A stretch of 44,881 nucleotides of DNA from Kiritimatiellia bacterium (GTDB lineage Bacteria; Verrucomicrobiota; Kiritimatiellia; RFP12; UBA1067): positions 1 to 44,881 of the forward strand of contig JAGAEL010000154.1 of NCBI GenBank assembly GCA_017613085.1. The letters are read 5' to 3'. The first letter of the stretch is position 1. Every line of letters begins with the position of its first letter. Positions 8,120-15,564 of this stretch are shown here, piece after piece. The notes below the pieces were generated by a model. That model did no database searches. It saw only the letters and a list, made by a program, of their open reading frames with translations, and was not told the origin of the DNA. The translations under genes were made by a program, and so were the position numbers.

Positions 8120-9442
8120 CTAGAGTTTCGAGCCGTCGAGACGTTCGCCGGGACGCAGCTGGGCGAGGTTGCCCATAAATCCCCATGCGGTCATGGGGGC
8201 GGCCATCGAAAAGGCGCTGCGCGTCTTCCCCCCGCCGAGGCAGCAGTCGATGTACTGGTGATAGTGCGAAGGGGCGGGACCGACGCTTGGCAGCGCGGGG
8301 GGCGTGGAACCGTCTTTCATCACGTAGCACGGCGCAACGCCGTAGTGCGTGGAGAGAAGCCAGCCCTTCGTGCCTTCGACCACGCGCCCCTGTTCGGGTA
8401 GTCGCTTCATCGACGTGCGCGCCGCGATATCCTGCAGGAACGCGGGCGGCAGGAACTTCGGCGGGATGCGGAACGCGACATGGCCGAAACCGTCGCACCA
8501 CTCCACCGTGAACGGTTTCATGCCGCTCGCCTTCACGCCGGGCATCGTCCACGTGACGTGCGACATCGAAGGCCAGAACTGTTCGCGCTGCGCGTCCGTC
8601 CACGCATCCGCCGAGACCTCCGCCGTCACGTCCGTCGGTATCGTCGCGCCGAGGTTCATGCCGAGCCACACCGGGCTCATCAGGTGAAGCCCCAGGTCGC
8701 CAAGCCACGACGTTCCGAACGCGCGCCACTTGCGCCATGCGCGGGGGTGGTAGCCCTCGCCGTACGGGCGTTCTTTCACGGGGCCGAGCCAGAGTTTCCA
8801 TTCGAGCGTCTTCGGCACGGGCAGTTCGGGCAGCGGCCATGTGTAGTATCCCGGCTTCGGCTCATGGCGCCGCGTGGAGAAGAGCCACACGTGGCGGACT
8901 TCGCCGATCACGCCCGAAGCGAGCGCGGCGACCGTCTGCCGGTCGCACTCCCATGCGGCGATCTGCGTCCCCAACTGTGTGACCGCGCCTTTCTCGGCGG
9001 CAAGTTTCCCGATGCGGCGGCAGTCGGCGAGGTCGTGGCAGAGCGGTTTCTGCGCATAGACGTTCAAGCCCCGTTTCAACGCCTCCAGGATGTACTGCGC
9101 GTGCGTGTGGTCGGGCGTCGAGACGTTCACGGAATCGATGCGGTCGCCCTCCTTCGCAAACATCTCGAAGGCGTCGCGGTAGACGCGGGCATCGGGAAAC
9201 CGTTTCCGCACGGCGTCGAGATACCGCGAATCGACATCGCAGAGCGCCGTGATGTGGATGTCGCGGTGGCTGGCCAGTTCGGAGAGGTCGTACCGCGCCT
9301 GGTTGGCGCAACCGATCGCGGCGTGGGAAAGCAGTTCGTTCGGATGCCTCCGTTTCAGAACCGCCGGGAAGCCGCTGAACGGCGCAACCGCCGCGCCGGC
9401 GGCAAGTTTGAGGAATCCGCGCTTGGTCACATTCGTCTTCAT
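8120..9442 (-). CDS. Gfo/Idh/MocA-family oxidoreductase with a twin-arginine-type signal
   Basis: N-terminus MKTNVTKRGFLKLAAGAAVAPF. It has an N-terminal Rossmann region and the STPDHTH motif typical of the family. The start at 9442 follows a GGGGAGGGGA RBS. The track ORF extends spuriously into the upstream gene. Confidence 0.88.
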   Translation of the reverse strand: MKTNVTKRGFLKLAAGAAVAPFSGFPAVLKRRHPNELLSHAAIGCANQARYDLSELASHRDIHITALCDVDSRYLDAVRKRFPDARVYRDAFEMFAKEGDRIDSVNVSTPDHTHAQYILEALKRGLNVYAQKPLCHDLADCRRIGKLAAEKGAVTQLGTQIAAWECDRQTVAALASGVIGEVRHVWLFSTRRHEPKPGYYTWPLPELPVPKTLEWKLWLGPVKERPYGEGYHPRAWRKWRAFGTSWLGDLGLHLMSPVWLGMNLGATIPTDVTAEVSADAWTDAQREQFWPSMSHVTWTMPGVKASGMKPFTVEWCDGFGHVAFRIPPKFLPPAFLQDIAARTSMKRLPEQGRVVEGTKGWLLSTHYGVAPCYVMKDGSTPPALPSVGPAPSHYHQYIDCCLGGGKTRSAFSMAAPMTAWGFMGNLAQLRPGERLDGSKL

Positions 9443-9456
9443 CCGTTCCCCTCCCC

Positions 9457-10776
9457 TTACAGACGGAGCGCCGCTTCCGATGCCGCGAAAAAGGCGAGAT
9501 AGGCCCGCTGGGTGTTGTAACAGTCTTCCTTCGCGGCGAGTTCCCAAGGCGCGTGCATATTCAACAACGGCGTCCCGAAATCCAGGACATCCATACCGAA
9601 ACGCGCCATAAACTTCGCGATCGTCCCGCCGCCGCCCTTCTCCGCACGACCGAGTTCGCCCATCTGCCAGGGGACTCCTGCATCGTCCAGCACGCGGCGC
9701 ATGGCGGCGACGAACTCCGCCCGCGCGTCGTTCGCGCCGGATTTGGAGGCCGCCCCCGTGTACTTGATCGCGCAGGGGCCGTGACCGAGACGCGCCGCGT
9801 TGCCGATCGAATCGGCGTCCGGGAAATGCGGGTCGCTGGCGGCGCAGACGTCCGCGCTCAACATCTGCGAGGCTTCGAGGGCGCGGCGCACATCGATATC
9901 GCGCGCGCCGCCCGCCGTCTCCCGCTCGATCAGTTCGGCGACGGTATTCTCGAAAAACGTGCTGTCCATCCCGCTCGCGCCGACGCTGCCGATCTCTTCC
10001 TTGTCGCACAACACCACCGCGCAGGTTTTCGCGGGAACCTTTCCCGCCGCCGTTTCCAGAAGCGCCGAAAGCCCCGCGTAGGCGCAGACGCGGTCGTCAT
10101 GCCCATAGGCGGCGAGCAGCGCGCGGTCCAGCCCCGTCTCGCGCGGCGCCCCGGCGGGGACGATTTCCAGTTCCGCGCTAAGGAGGTCTTCCTTTTCCAC
10201 GCCGTACTGCTCTTTAAGAAGCGCTTCGATATCGCCAAGCCCGGCAATCACGTCGAGGTCTTCGGCGGCGACGGCATCCTTCAACGGCTTCTCCTGCTGT
10301 TCCTTCCCGAAATGCGGGAGGATGTCGGAAATCAGGAAAACCGGATCGTCCGGATGGTCGCCGATGGCGATGTCCACTTTTGTGCCGTCCTTCTTCACCA
10401 CCGTGCCGTAGAGGGCGAGGGGCAGGACGAGCCACTGGACTTTCTTGATGCCGCCGTACATGTGCGTGTCGAAGAAGGTGACATCGCCCTTCTTGTAAAG
10501 CGGGTTCGGTTTCAAGTCGAGCCGGGGGGCGTCCGTGTGCCCGCCGACGACGCGCAGTCCCTGCGCGGTGGGCGTTTTCCCGATCACGGCGGCGAACAGG
10601 GTCTTCCCGTGATAGCCGCGATAGACGCGGTCGCCGGCCTTCAGTCTCTTCTTGCCGGAAAGAGGTTTGAATCCGGCTTTCTCAAGGAGACGCACGGCCG
10701 CCGCATACGCCCTACGCTCCGTCTTCCCCTGGGTCAGGAATGTCCGATAACCCGCCACATACGCTTCTTGTGTCAT
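9457..10776 (-). CDS. M18-family aminopeptidase (aminopeptidase 1 type)
   Basis: Motifs GGHTDAPRLDLKPNPL, YGHDDRVCAY and DKEEIGSVGASG are typical of M18/aminopeptidase-I zinc peptidases. The start is taken at MTQEAYV (10776). An alternative ATG lies 8 codons upstream at 10800. Confidence 0.82.
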   Translation of the reverse strand: MTQEAYVAGYRTFLTQGKTERRAYAAAVRLLEKAGFKPLSGKKRLKAGDRVYRGYHGKTLFAAVIGKTPTAQGLRVVGGHTDAPRLDLKPNPLYKKGDVTFFDTHMYGGIKKVQWLVLPLALYGTVVKKDGTKVDIAIGDHPDDPVFLISDILPHFGKEQQEKPLKDAVAAEDLDVIAGLGDIEALLKEQYGVEKEDLLSAELEIVPAGAPRETGLDRALLAAYGHDDRVCAYAGLSALLETAAGKVPAKTCAVVLCDKEEIGSVGASGMDSTFFENTVAELIERETAGGARDIDVRRALEASQMLSADVCAASDPHFPDADSIGNAARLGHGPCAIKYTGAASKSGANDARAEFVAAMRRVLDDAGVPWQMGELGRAEKGGGGTIAKFMARFGMDVLDFGTPLLNMHAPWELAAKEDCYNTQRAYLAFFAASEAALRL

Positions 10777-10890
10777 GAAAGAAACTCCATTCTCCGGCAT
10801 CGACTCCGCCGGATACGAGAAGCCTACACCCTCCCGCCCCGGGTTGCAAGTCCCAATTCCATTTCTTGTCGCCCGCCGGTCACTTTCCCG

Positions 10891-10920
10891 TTGAACCGCC
10901 TCGCCATTCTGGTGTAGAAT
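10891..10920 (+). promoter_or_regulatory. Sigma70-like promoter for the 10958 gene
   Basis: TTGAAC (10891-10896), an 18-nt spacer, then TAGAAT (10915-10920). This sits 38 nt upstream of the ATG, and an AAGGGGGA RBS follows. Confidence 0.45.
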
Positions 10921-10957
10921 GAAGACCGTGAATTCAACATGGTAAAGGGGGAACGAC

Positions 10958-13624
10958 ATGCGTACAGAGGGACGGATCAGTAGGCGCGGGTTTCTGGAGG
11001 GCGCGGCGGCGGCGTTCTGCTCGCTGTTCGGGGGACGCCTTTTCGCGGTTCCTTCCGGCTGGCGGCCAACGAAGAAGCCGAACCTGGTCTTCGGCGTCGT
11101 CAGCGACACGCATCTACGCACGACGATCAAAGGCGCCTACAGCAAGGGTTACTGGTCGGACAAATGGTTTGTCGCGGCGTTGAAGGATTTCCGCGAACAG
11201 GATGTCGATGCCGTCGTCCACCTCGGCGACATGGCGCACACCGGACAGGTCGAAGAAATGGAATTCCACCGCGCCGCCTGGGAGAAGGTGTTCCCCGGCG
11301 ACCTTGCCCCCGGCGGGCGCAAGGTCGAACGCCTGTTTGTCGCGGGCAACCACGATCTCGACGGCAGCACCTACGGGATCGGGGAGCTGGTGAAGAAAAT
11401 CCACCCCGATCCCGAAATCCGGAAACAGCATATCCTTTGCACCGACATCGCAGGCCACTGGGAACGCATCTGGGGCGAGAAGTACGAACCCGTCTGGCAC
11501 AAGGCGGTGAAGGGGTATCATTTCTTCGGGCGGCACTACGCGGGAAAGAATTTCAGGGAAGACGAGGCGAAGGTCACGGCGCTGGTCAAGGAGATGGATG
11601 CGAAGGCCGCACTCTCCAAGGGCAAGAACCCATTTTTCATTCTCTCGCACATCCGAACCCACGCAAACTTCCACAAAGCGATGTGCGGCTATCCCAACGC
11701 GGTCAGTTTCTTCGGACACTGGCATGCGAGCGCGGCGAACTGGCACGTCATCCACATGTTTGGTTCTTCGCCTTCGATACAGTGCCCCTCGTGCGCACCG
11801 ATGGGGGCAAACAGTTTGTCGCCGAATTCGTGCAAATGGACAACGGCCCCCTTCACAGGGGTGGATGCCGTCGGACAGAACAGGCAGGGATACATCGTCC
11901 GCCTGTACGACGACATGATGGTCATCAACCGCCGCGAGTTCGGGAAAGGCGGAAGCCTTGGCGCGGACTGGATGATGCCGCTCGGTCAATACGCCCCGCA
12001 TCCGTTCAAGCCGGAGGAATTGAAGAAGGTGATCGGCGAACCGCAGTTCCGTCCCGGCGCGGCCTTGCGCGTGGAAACGGCGGACCCGCAGTCCATCTGC
12101 ATTAAGATTCCTGCCGCAGACGGGAATCCGGATTCACGGGTGTTCGCCTACGAAGTCTGCGTGGAGGCGGAGGACAAGAAACGCAGCCAATTCGTCTACG
12201 CCGCCGGATGCAACCTCGGAACCGGACACGAACCGGACGGCGGCGAGACAACGTTCACCATCCCGAAAGCGGAATTGCCGCCGGACGGGAAGTGGACGGT
12301 TTCCGTGCGTCCCGCCACTTCCCTCGGCACCTTCGGGAAGGCGCTGACATTCCGCCCCTCCCTCCCTTCTCTTGCTTCTTCATTTTCCTCCCTTCTCTCT
12401 TCTTTCTTCATTTTTCTCGCTTCATTCTTCCTCCTCCCTGCCCGCGTGGAGGCGGGTGTTTCGCTTCTCGCGCCCCAAGACGGTTCAACCTTCGAGACCC
12501 TGCCGGACGCCCAGCTCGCCGTATTCGCCGGCGCAACGCGCACAAACCGTTGCGAGATCACCAAGAAGTTTCGGGACGCGAAACAGACCCGCGACGTATG
12601 GCGGTGCCAGAGACCGCTTGTCCTCAAGTGGAAAACGACCGAGGGCGAGTCCGGCCCTTGGCGCGTACGGCTCTCCCGGAAAGCCGATTTCTCGGAGGGC
12701 GACGACCTGTGGCTGACGGAGCGCGATACGAAAGGCGAAAAACAGAAAGACGGTTCGGAGGTGTGGACGTATACCGTGCCGCGCGCCAATCTTGAACTCG
12801 ACGCCACCTACCACTGGCAAGTGTGGAGCGATGTCAAATGCACCGAGTTCCGCTGCGGGTTCACCTACCCCGAAACCTGCAAATGCGGGAAAAGCAAGGC
12901 CGGGCACGTCTCGCCCGTTTCCACGTTCCGCACGTCGAAACAGCCGCCCCGCTGGATCGCCCTGGAAGGGCGCGTCCACAACATCCGCGACATCGGCGGC
13001 TGGCCGACAGAAGACGGAGGCCGGGTCCGCACGGGGCTTGTCTATCGCGGGAACGGCTTGAACGACAGCAGCCTCGCCGGCGTTGCCAGAGGGCGCAACC
13101 GGCTGACGGTCGAAGACGTCCGGTACCTGACCGAAACCCTCGGAATCAAAACCGACCTCGACCTGCGCGGCCCCCGCGAAGTCGCCGGGATGGACGCTTC
13201 GCCGCTCGGTCCGAAGGTCGCGTTCGTAAACATCGAGGCCAGATCGTACAGGGAACTCTTCACCCCGGAGGGACGCCAGATTTCGGCGCGGATCTTCCGC
13301 CTCTTCTGCGACAAGAAAAACTACCCCATCTATTTCCACTGCACCCACGGAGCCGACCGGACGGGAAGTCTCGCCTACCTGCTCGACGGTTTCCTCGGCG
13401 TGACGCGGGAAGACCTCGAACGCGATTGGGAATCGACCTGTTATCCAAAGGTGCGGGGCGTGGATTCGCCGGACGACTGGCGGTCGTGCGCGTTCTTCGA
13501 TGCCGGGTTCGCCGCATACGGCAAGCCGGACGATCCCCTCTCCGAGCGGATCCGTCTCTACCTGCTGGACTGCGGTATCCGTCCGGAGGAGATGGACGCC
13601 TGCAAGGCGATTCTGAAAGAGTAG
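10958..13624 (+). CDS. Fusion protein: a TAT-signal calcineurin-like metallophosphoesterase, an internal signal-peptide-like segment, an FN3-like domain, and a protein-tyrosine-phosphatase (Y_phosphatase3-type) domain
   Basis: N-terminus RRGFLEGAAAAF. Metallophosphoesterase motifs are GVVSDTHL, GDMAHTG and GNHD. Residues ~464-496 (SLPSLASSFSSLLSSFFIFLASFFLLPARVEA) look like a second signal peptide. The C-terminal half has the CX5R phosphatase loop HCTHGADRTGS. Confidence 0.8.
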   Translation: MRTEGRISRRGFLEGAAAAFCSLFGGRLFAVPSGWRPTKKPNLVFGVVSDTHLRTTIKGAYSKGYWSDKWFVAALKDFREQDVDAVVHLGDMAHTGQVEEMEFHRAAWEKVFPGDLAPGGRKVERLFVAGNHDLDGSTYGIGELVKKIHPDPEIRKQHILCTDIAGHWERIWGEKYEPVWHKAVKGYHFFGRHYAGKNFREDEAKVTALVKEMDAKAALSKGKNPFFILSHIRTHANFHKAMCGYPNAVSFFGHWHASAANWHVIHMFGSSPSIQCPSCAPMGANSLSPNSCKWTTAPFTGVDAVGQNRQGYIVRLYDDMMVINRREFGKGGSLGADWMMPLGQYAPHPFKPEELKKVIGEPQFRPGAALRVETADPQSICIKIPAADGNPDSRVFAYEVCVEAEDKKRSQFVYAAGCNLGTGHEPDGGETTFTIPKAELPPDGKWTVSVRPATSLGTFGKALTFRPSLPSLASSFSSLLSSFFIFLASFFLLPARVEAGVSLLAPQDGSTFETLPDAQLAVFAGATRTNRCEITKKFRDAKQTRDVWRCQRPLVLKWKTTEGESGPWRVRLSRKADFSEGDDLWLTERDTKGEKQKDGSEVWTYTVPRANLELDATYHWQVWSDVKCTEFRCGFTYPETCKCGKSKAGHVSPVSTFRTSKQPPRWIALEGRVHNIRDIGGWPTEDGGRVRTGLVYRGNGLNDSSLAGVARGRNRLTVEDVRYLTETLGIKTDLDLRGPREVAGMDASPLGPKVAFVNIEARSYRELFTPEGRQISARIFRLFCDKKNYPIYFHCTHGADRTGSLAYLLDGFLGVTREDLERDWESTCYPKVRGVDSPDDWRSCAFFDAGFAAYGKPDDPLSERIRLYLLDCGIRPEEMDACKAILKE
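12349..12446 (+). repeat. ~95-nt polypyrimidine (CT-rich) low-complexity tract inside the 10958-13624 CDS
   Basis: The plus strand reads cattccgcccctccctcccttctcttgcttcttcattttcctcccttctctcttctttcttcatttttctcgcttcattcttcctcctccctgcccgc, with only a handful of purines. Confidence 0.85.
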
Positions 13625-13654
13625 GTCGAACAAATGCGAAGGAGCGGAGGAAGT

Positions 13655-14629
13655 ATGACGATGCAACGTTTGGCGGCCATAGGCGCGGCGGCTTTGATTG
13701 GGTTCGGGGTATTCAACGGGGAGGCGCAGAATCGCGTCCCCGGGGGCGATCCCTTCATCCATTTGGAAAACGGAACCTATTATTTGTATTGTTCCTTCCG
13801 CGATTCGGATGGACTTACCGTGTACACCTCCACCGATTTGAAAACGTGGAAGGCTTACCAGGGGCGCGACAAGGGCGGGTTCGCCTACGTGAAAGGGAAC
13901 GGTTTCGGTTCACGCCGCTTCTGGGCGCCGGAAATGCACAAATACAAAGGCAAGTACTACCTCTTCCATTCCGCCGAAGAAAAAGTAACGGTGGATGTCT
14001 CCGATTCGCCGCTCGGACCGTTCCGGAATCCGGAGAAAAAACCGTTCTTCCCGGAAGGCAACATCGACAACTCGCTGTTCGTCGATGATGACGGCACCCC
14101 GTATATGCTCTACGCGCATTTTCACGCGGGCAATGAGGTCTGGATCTGCGAACTGGAGAAAGACCTGCTGCATGCGAAGCCGGAAACGCAGCGCAAGCTA
14201 ATCCGTTCGGTGGAGGAGTGGGAGATGAACCGGGCGAATCCGAAATTCGCCAAATTCTCGATCGCCGAAGGACCGTGCCTCGTGAAGGTGGACGGACTCT
14301 ACTACCTGACCTATTCCACCCACCACGTGATTGATCCCGCCTACAACGTCTGCCTGGCGACGGCTTCCAGTATCAAGGGGCCGTTCGTCAAACAAGGGCG
14401 CGGCCCGATCCTCTCGCCTCGCGGCAAACTGGAATGTACGGGACATCATTCGCTCTTCAAGGACAAATCGGGGAACTGGAAGATCGTTTTCCACGCCCGC
14501 GATCCCGGTTCCTTCAGACGCTACGTCTACACGGCCGACATCACATTCGTCACAAAGGACGGACACCCCTGGATCGACGTGGGCGACTTCTCACCCTGTC
14601 TCCTAGCCTCCCCGCCCAAACGCCCCTGA
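13655..14629 (+). CDS. Glycoside hydrolase family 43 protein (secreted)
   Basis: Signal peptide MTMQRLAAIGAAALIGFGVF. GH43 blocks are GDPFIHLENGTYYLY, FWAPEMHKYKGKYYLFHS and IAEGPCLVKVDGLYYLTYS. The start is placed at 13655 after a GGAGGA RBS. The track start at 13634 is also possible. Confidence 0.85.
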   Translation: MTMQRLAAIGAAALIGFGVFNGEAQNRVPGGDPFIHLENGTYYLYCSFRDSDGLTVYTSTDLKTWKAYQGRDKGGFAYVKGNGFGSRRFWAPEMHKYKGKYYLFHSAEEKVTVDVSDSPLGPFRNPEKKPFFPEGNIDNSLFVDDDGTPYMLYAHFHAGNEVWICELEKDLLHAKPETQRKLIRSVEEWEMNRANPKFAKFSIAEGPCLVKVDGLYYLTYSTHHVIDPAYNVCLATASSIKGPFVKQGRGPILSPRGKLECTGHHSLFKDKSGNWKIVFHARDPGSFRRYVYTADITFVTKDGHPWIDVGDFSPCLLASPPKRP

Positions 14630-14722
14630 AGCGGTTTTTGATGTTCGCGCCATCGACAACCTCCTTTACGAGACAACCGGGACGGACAAGACATTCGGGA
14701 CTGGTTTGTCCCGTCTGTCCCG

Positions 14723-15412
14723 TCATTGCCAGCCCTTTCGCTTCTTGATGCTCCACACCGCCTGATCGACCTTACGTTTGATTTCGCCGGCTCTCGCGAC
14801 AAGCTCCGCAACATCGGCAGCCGCATCAAGTCGAGAGTACACGCTCTTGTCCCAATCGTCGCCGCGAGCCGCCGTGCGAGCGGCGTGCATTCGTTCGCGT
14901 ACACCGCCACGCTTCTTGAAGTCCTCTTCCTGCGCGGCAATCATCTTGTCGAGCATGTAGCGCGTCTGGTGGCAGATGGTCAGCATCAGGTTCGCCACCG
15001 TGTCAGCCGGGCGCGTCTCAAAGAACTTCTGCCAATCAGGCCAGTCTGCATGCGCCTTCGCGTAGTCGCGCGCGGCGATACGTCGCTCGTCATCAGACGG
15101 CCATTCCGCAAATCCGTGCGACTTTAGCCAGTCGAGATAGTCCTCGATCAGTTCGTCAAGCGTGGCGCGGGCGACATTCGTAAGTTTGATCTCGGTTTCC
15201 TTGCTCGTGCCGCTCGCCGAGCTGCCCTCGGCGATATTCTGCTTGCAGCTACGGGCGGCCTGTGTCATCTGATCCACGGTGCGGTCGCCATGCGAAGGAA
15301 GAAACCGTCGGCAGAACGCGACCGTGCCCTGATAGATGACATCGCTCTTGCGATAGACGATGAGCTTCTTGTAGCCGCCATGCGGCAAAACGATCTTGGG
15401 GGGCTCAGCCAT
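14723..15412 (-). CDS. Four-helix-bundle protein (23S rRNA intervening-sequence / Avd-like family) with a C-terminal four-helix-bundle suffix-type extension
   Basis: 229-aa ORF with an AGGAGG RBS 6 nt upstream. The N-terminal ~110 aa (YRKSDVIYQGTVAFCRRF...SCKQNIAEGS) fits the four-helix-bundle family. The remaining ~115 aa are helical and charged. The family assignment is from memory of family signatures. Confidence 0.8.
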   Translation of the reverse strand: MAEPPKIVLPHGGYKKLIVYRKSDVIYQGTVAFCRRFLPSHGDRTVDQMTQAARSCKQNIAEGSSASGTSKETEIKLTNVARATLDELIEDYLDWLKSHGFAEWPSDDERRIAARDYAKAHADWPDWQKFFETRPADTVANLMLTICHQTRYMLDKMIAAQEEDFKKRGGVRERMHAARTAARGDDWDKSVYSRLDAAADVAELVARAGEIKRKVDQAVWSIKKRKGWQ

Positions 15413-15485
15413 TCACCACCTCCTGCAAAATAGAACGGATCGGTAAACGAGACATCCGAGACTTGCCATAGCCCCGTTGCATCCC

Positions 15486-15527
15486 ATGTCCCGGTTGTCC
15501 TGTATGTCCTGGTTGTCCTGTTCGTCC
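15486..15527. repeat. Tandem 18-nt duplication (9-nt sub-period TGTCCnGnT) upstream of the four-helix-bundle gene
   Basis: atgtcccggttgtcctgt (15486-15503) is repeated as atgtcctggttgtcctgt (15504-15521) with one mismatch, followed by a partial copy tcgtcc. The block is flanked by ccatag on both sides (15466-15471 and 15527-15532). Confidence 0.85.
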
Positions 15528-15564
15528 ATAGAGCTGCACCATCACACCACCTCCCTTTTCCCGG

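Noticed and set aside
8109-8840. N-terminal extensions of track ORFs: 6942-8840, 8120-10009, 9457-11130, 38163-39338, 43589-44752, 5893-6786
   Set aside because: The extensions overlap the upstream gene or a promoter region. They are Arg-rich and low in complexity. In each case they precede an internal ATG with a good RBS followed by a signal peptide or a conserved family N-terminus, so I trimmed the starts.
15486-15527. Check of the short tandem repeats for a CRISPR array or iterons (15486-15527, 37774-37939, 44812-44840)
   Set aside because: The units are only 7-18 nt, directly abutting with no spacers, and occur in 2-4 copies. There are no cas genes, so these are not CRISPR arrays. An iteron or operator role cannot be shown from sequence.
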